Shown: positions 6,789 to 7,239 of the stretch, one piece after another
Layout of the letters: each line of letters opens with the position of its first letter
Position numbering within the stretch: the first letter of the stretch is position 1
Origin: a virus
Taxonomy: Duplodnaviria > Heunggongvirae > Uroviricota > Caudoviricetes
IMG/VR virus record: IMGVR_UViG_2529292835_000020
Strand: one strand, 5' to 3'
Length of the DNA: 7,239 nt
Notes under the pieces: model-generated
The model's database searches: none
The model's input: the letters and a program-made list of their open reading frames with translations, nothing else
What the model was told of the DNA's origin: nothing
Translations under genes and position numbers: made by a program

Positions 6789-7239
6789 ATGGAACTTAAA
6801 AAATTGATGGAACATATTTCTATTATCCCCGATTACAGACAAGCCTGGAAAGGGGAGCATAAATTATCGGATATTCTACTGTTAACTATTTGTGCCGTTA
6901 TTTCTGGTGCAGAGGGTTGGGAAGATATAGAGGATTTTGGGGAAACACATCTCGATTTTTTGAAGCAATATGGTGATTTTGAAAATGGTATTCCTGTTCA
7001 CGATACCATTGCCAGAGTTGTATCCTGTATCAGTCCTGCAAAATTTCACCAGTGCTTTATTAACTGGATGCGTGACTGCCATTCTTCAGATGATAAAGAC
7101 GTCATTGCAATTGATGGAAAAACGCTCCAGCACTCTTATGACAAGAGTCGCCGCAGGGGAGCGATTCATGTCATTAGTGCGTTCTCAACAATGCACAGTC
7201 TGGTCATCGGACAGATCAAGACGGATGAGAAATCTAATG
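6789..7239 (+). CDS. ISAs1-family (H-repeat-associated) transposase, complete 5' end, 3'-truncated by window edge
   Basis: ATG 6789 preceded by AAGGAG (6777-6782). Translation [67 protein letters not shown]… runs to the window end with no stop; 6944-7239 is identical to 1-296. Confidence 0.9.
   Translation, partial: MELKKLMEHISIIPDYRQAWKGEHKLSDILLLTICAVISGAEGWEDIEDFGETHLDFLKQYGDFENGIPVHDTIARVVSCISPAKFHQCFINWMRDCHSSDDKDVIAIDGKTLQHSYDKSRRRGAIHVISAFSTMHSLVIGQIKTDEKSN
6944..7239 (+). repeat. Direct repeat, identical to 1-296
   Basis: Same comparison as for 1-296. Confidence 0.9.

Larger units (their letters stand above)
6700..7239 (+). mobile_element. H-repeat (ISAs1-family IS) copy 2, truncated by window end; left boundary approximate
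   Basis: Contains the 5' end of the transposase gene; the left end must lie between the terminator (6674) and the RBS (6777), but the exact terminus was not identified. Confidence 0.45.

Noticed and set aside
1-7239. CRISPR arrays, tRNA or rRNA genes
   Set aside because: No regularly spaced direct repeats and no cloverleaf-like or rRNA-like sequence noticed anywhere in the window.

Overview
Enterobacterial-type Rhs element, all genes on the + strand. The window opens inside an ISAs1-family 'H-repeat' transposase gene (ends at 982). An AT-rich two-gene module follows: a membrane-anchored hypothetical ORF with an in-frame amber codon, then a small ORF broken at an A7 tract. Next is a GC-rich PAAR/YD-repeat rhs gene (2005-6240, about 4.2 kb) disrupted by at least five frame-changing lesions. 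After the DPLGL demarcation its AT-rich C-terminal tip resembles an L,D-transpeptidase (YkuD-like) catalytic domain, and a predicted lipoprotein gene (candidate immunity, 6218-6610) overlaps its end. A hairpin terminator and a second copy of the same transposase gene (6789 to window end) follow. The first and last 296 nt of the window are identical. No rRNA, tRNA or CRISPR array was seen. All domain assignments are by eye from motifs; no database search was run.
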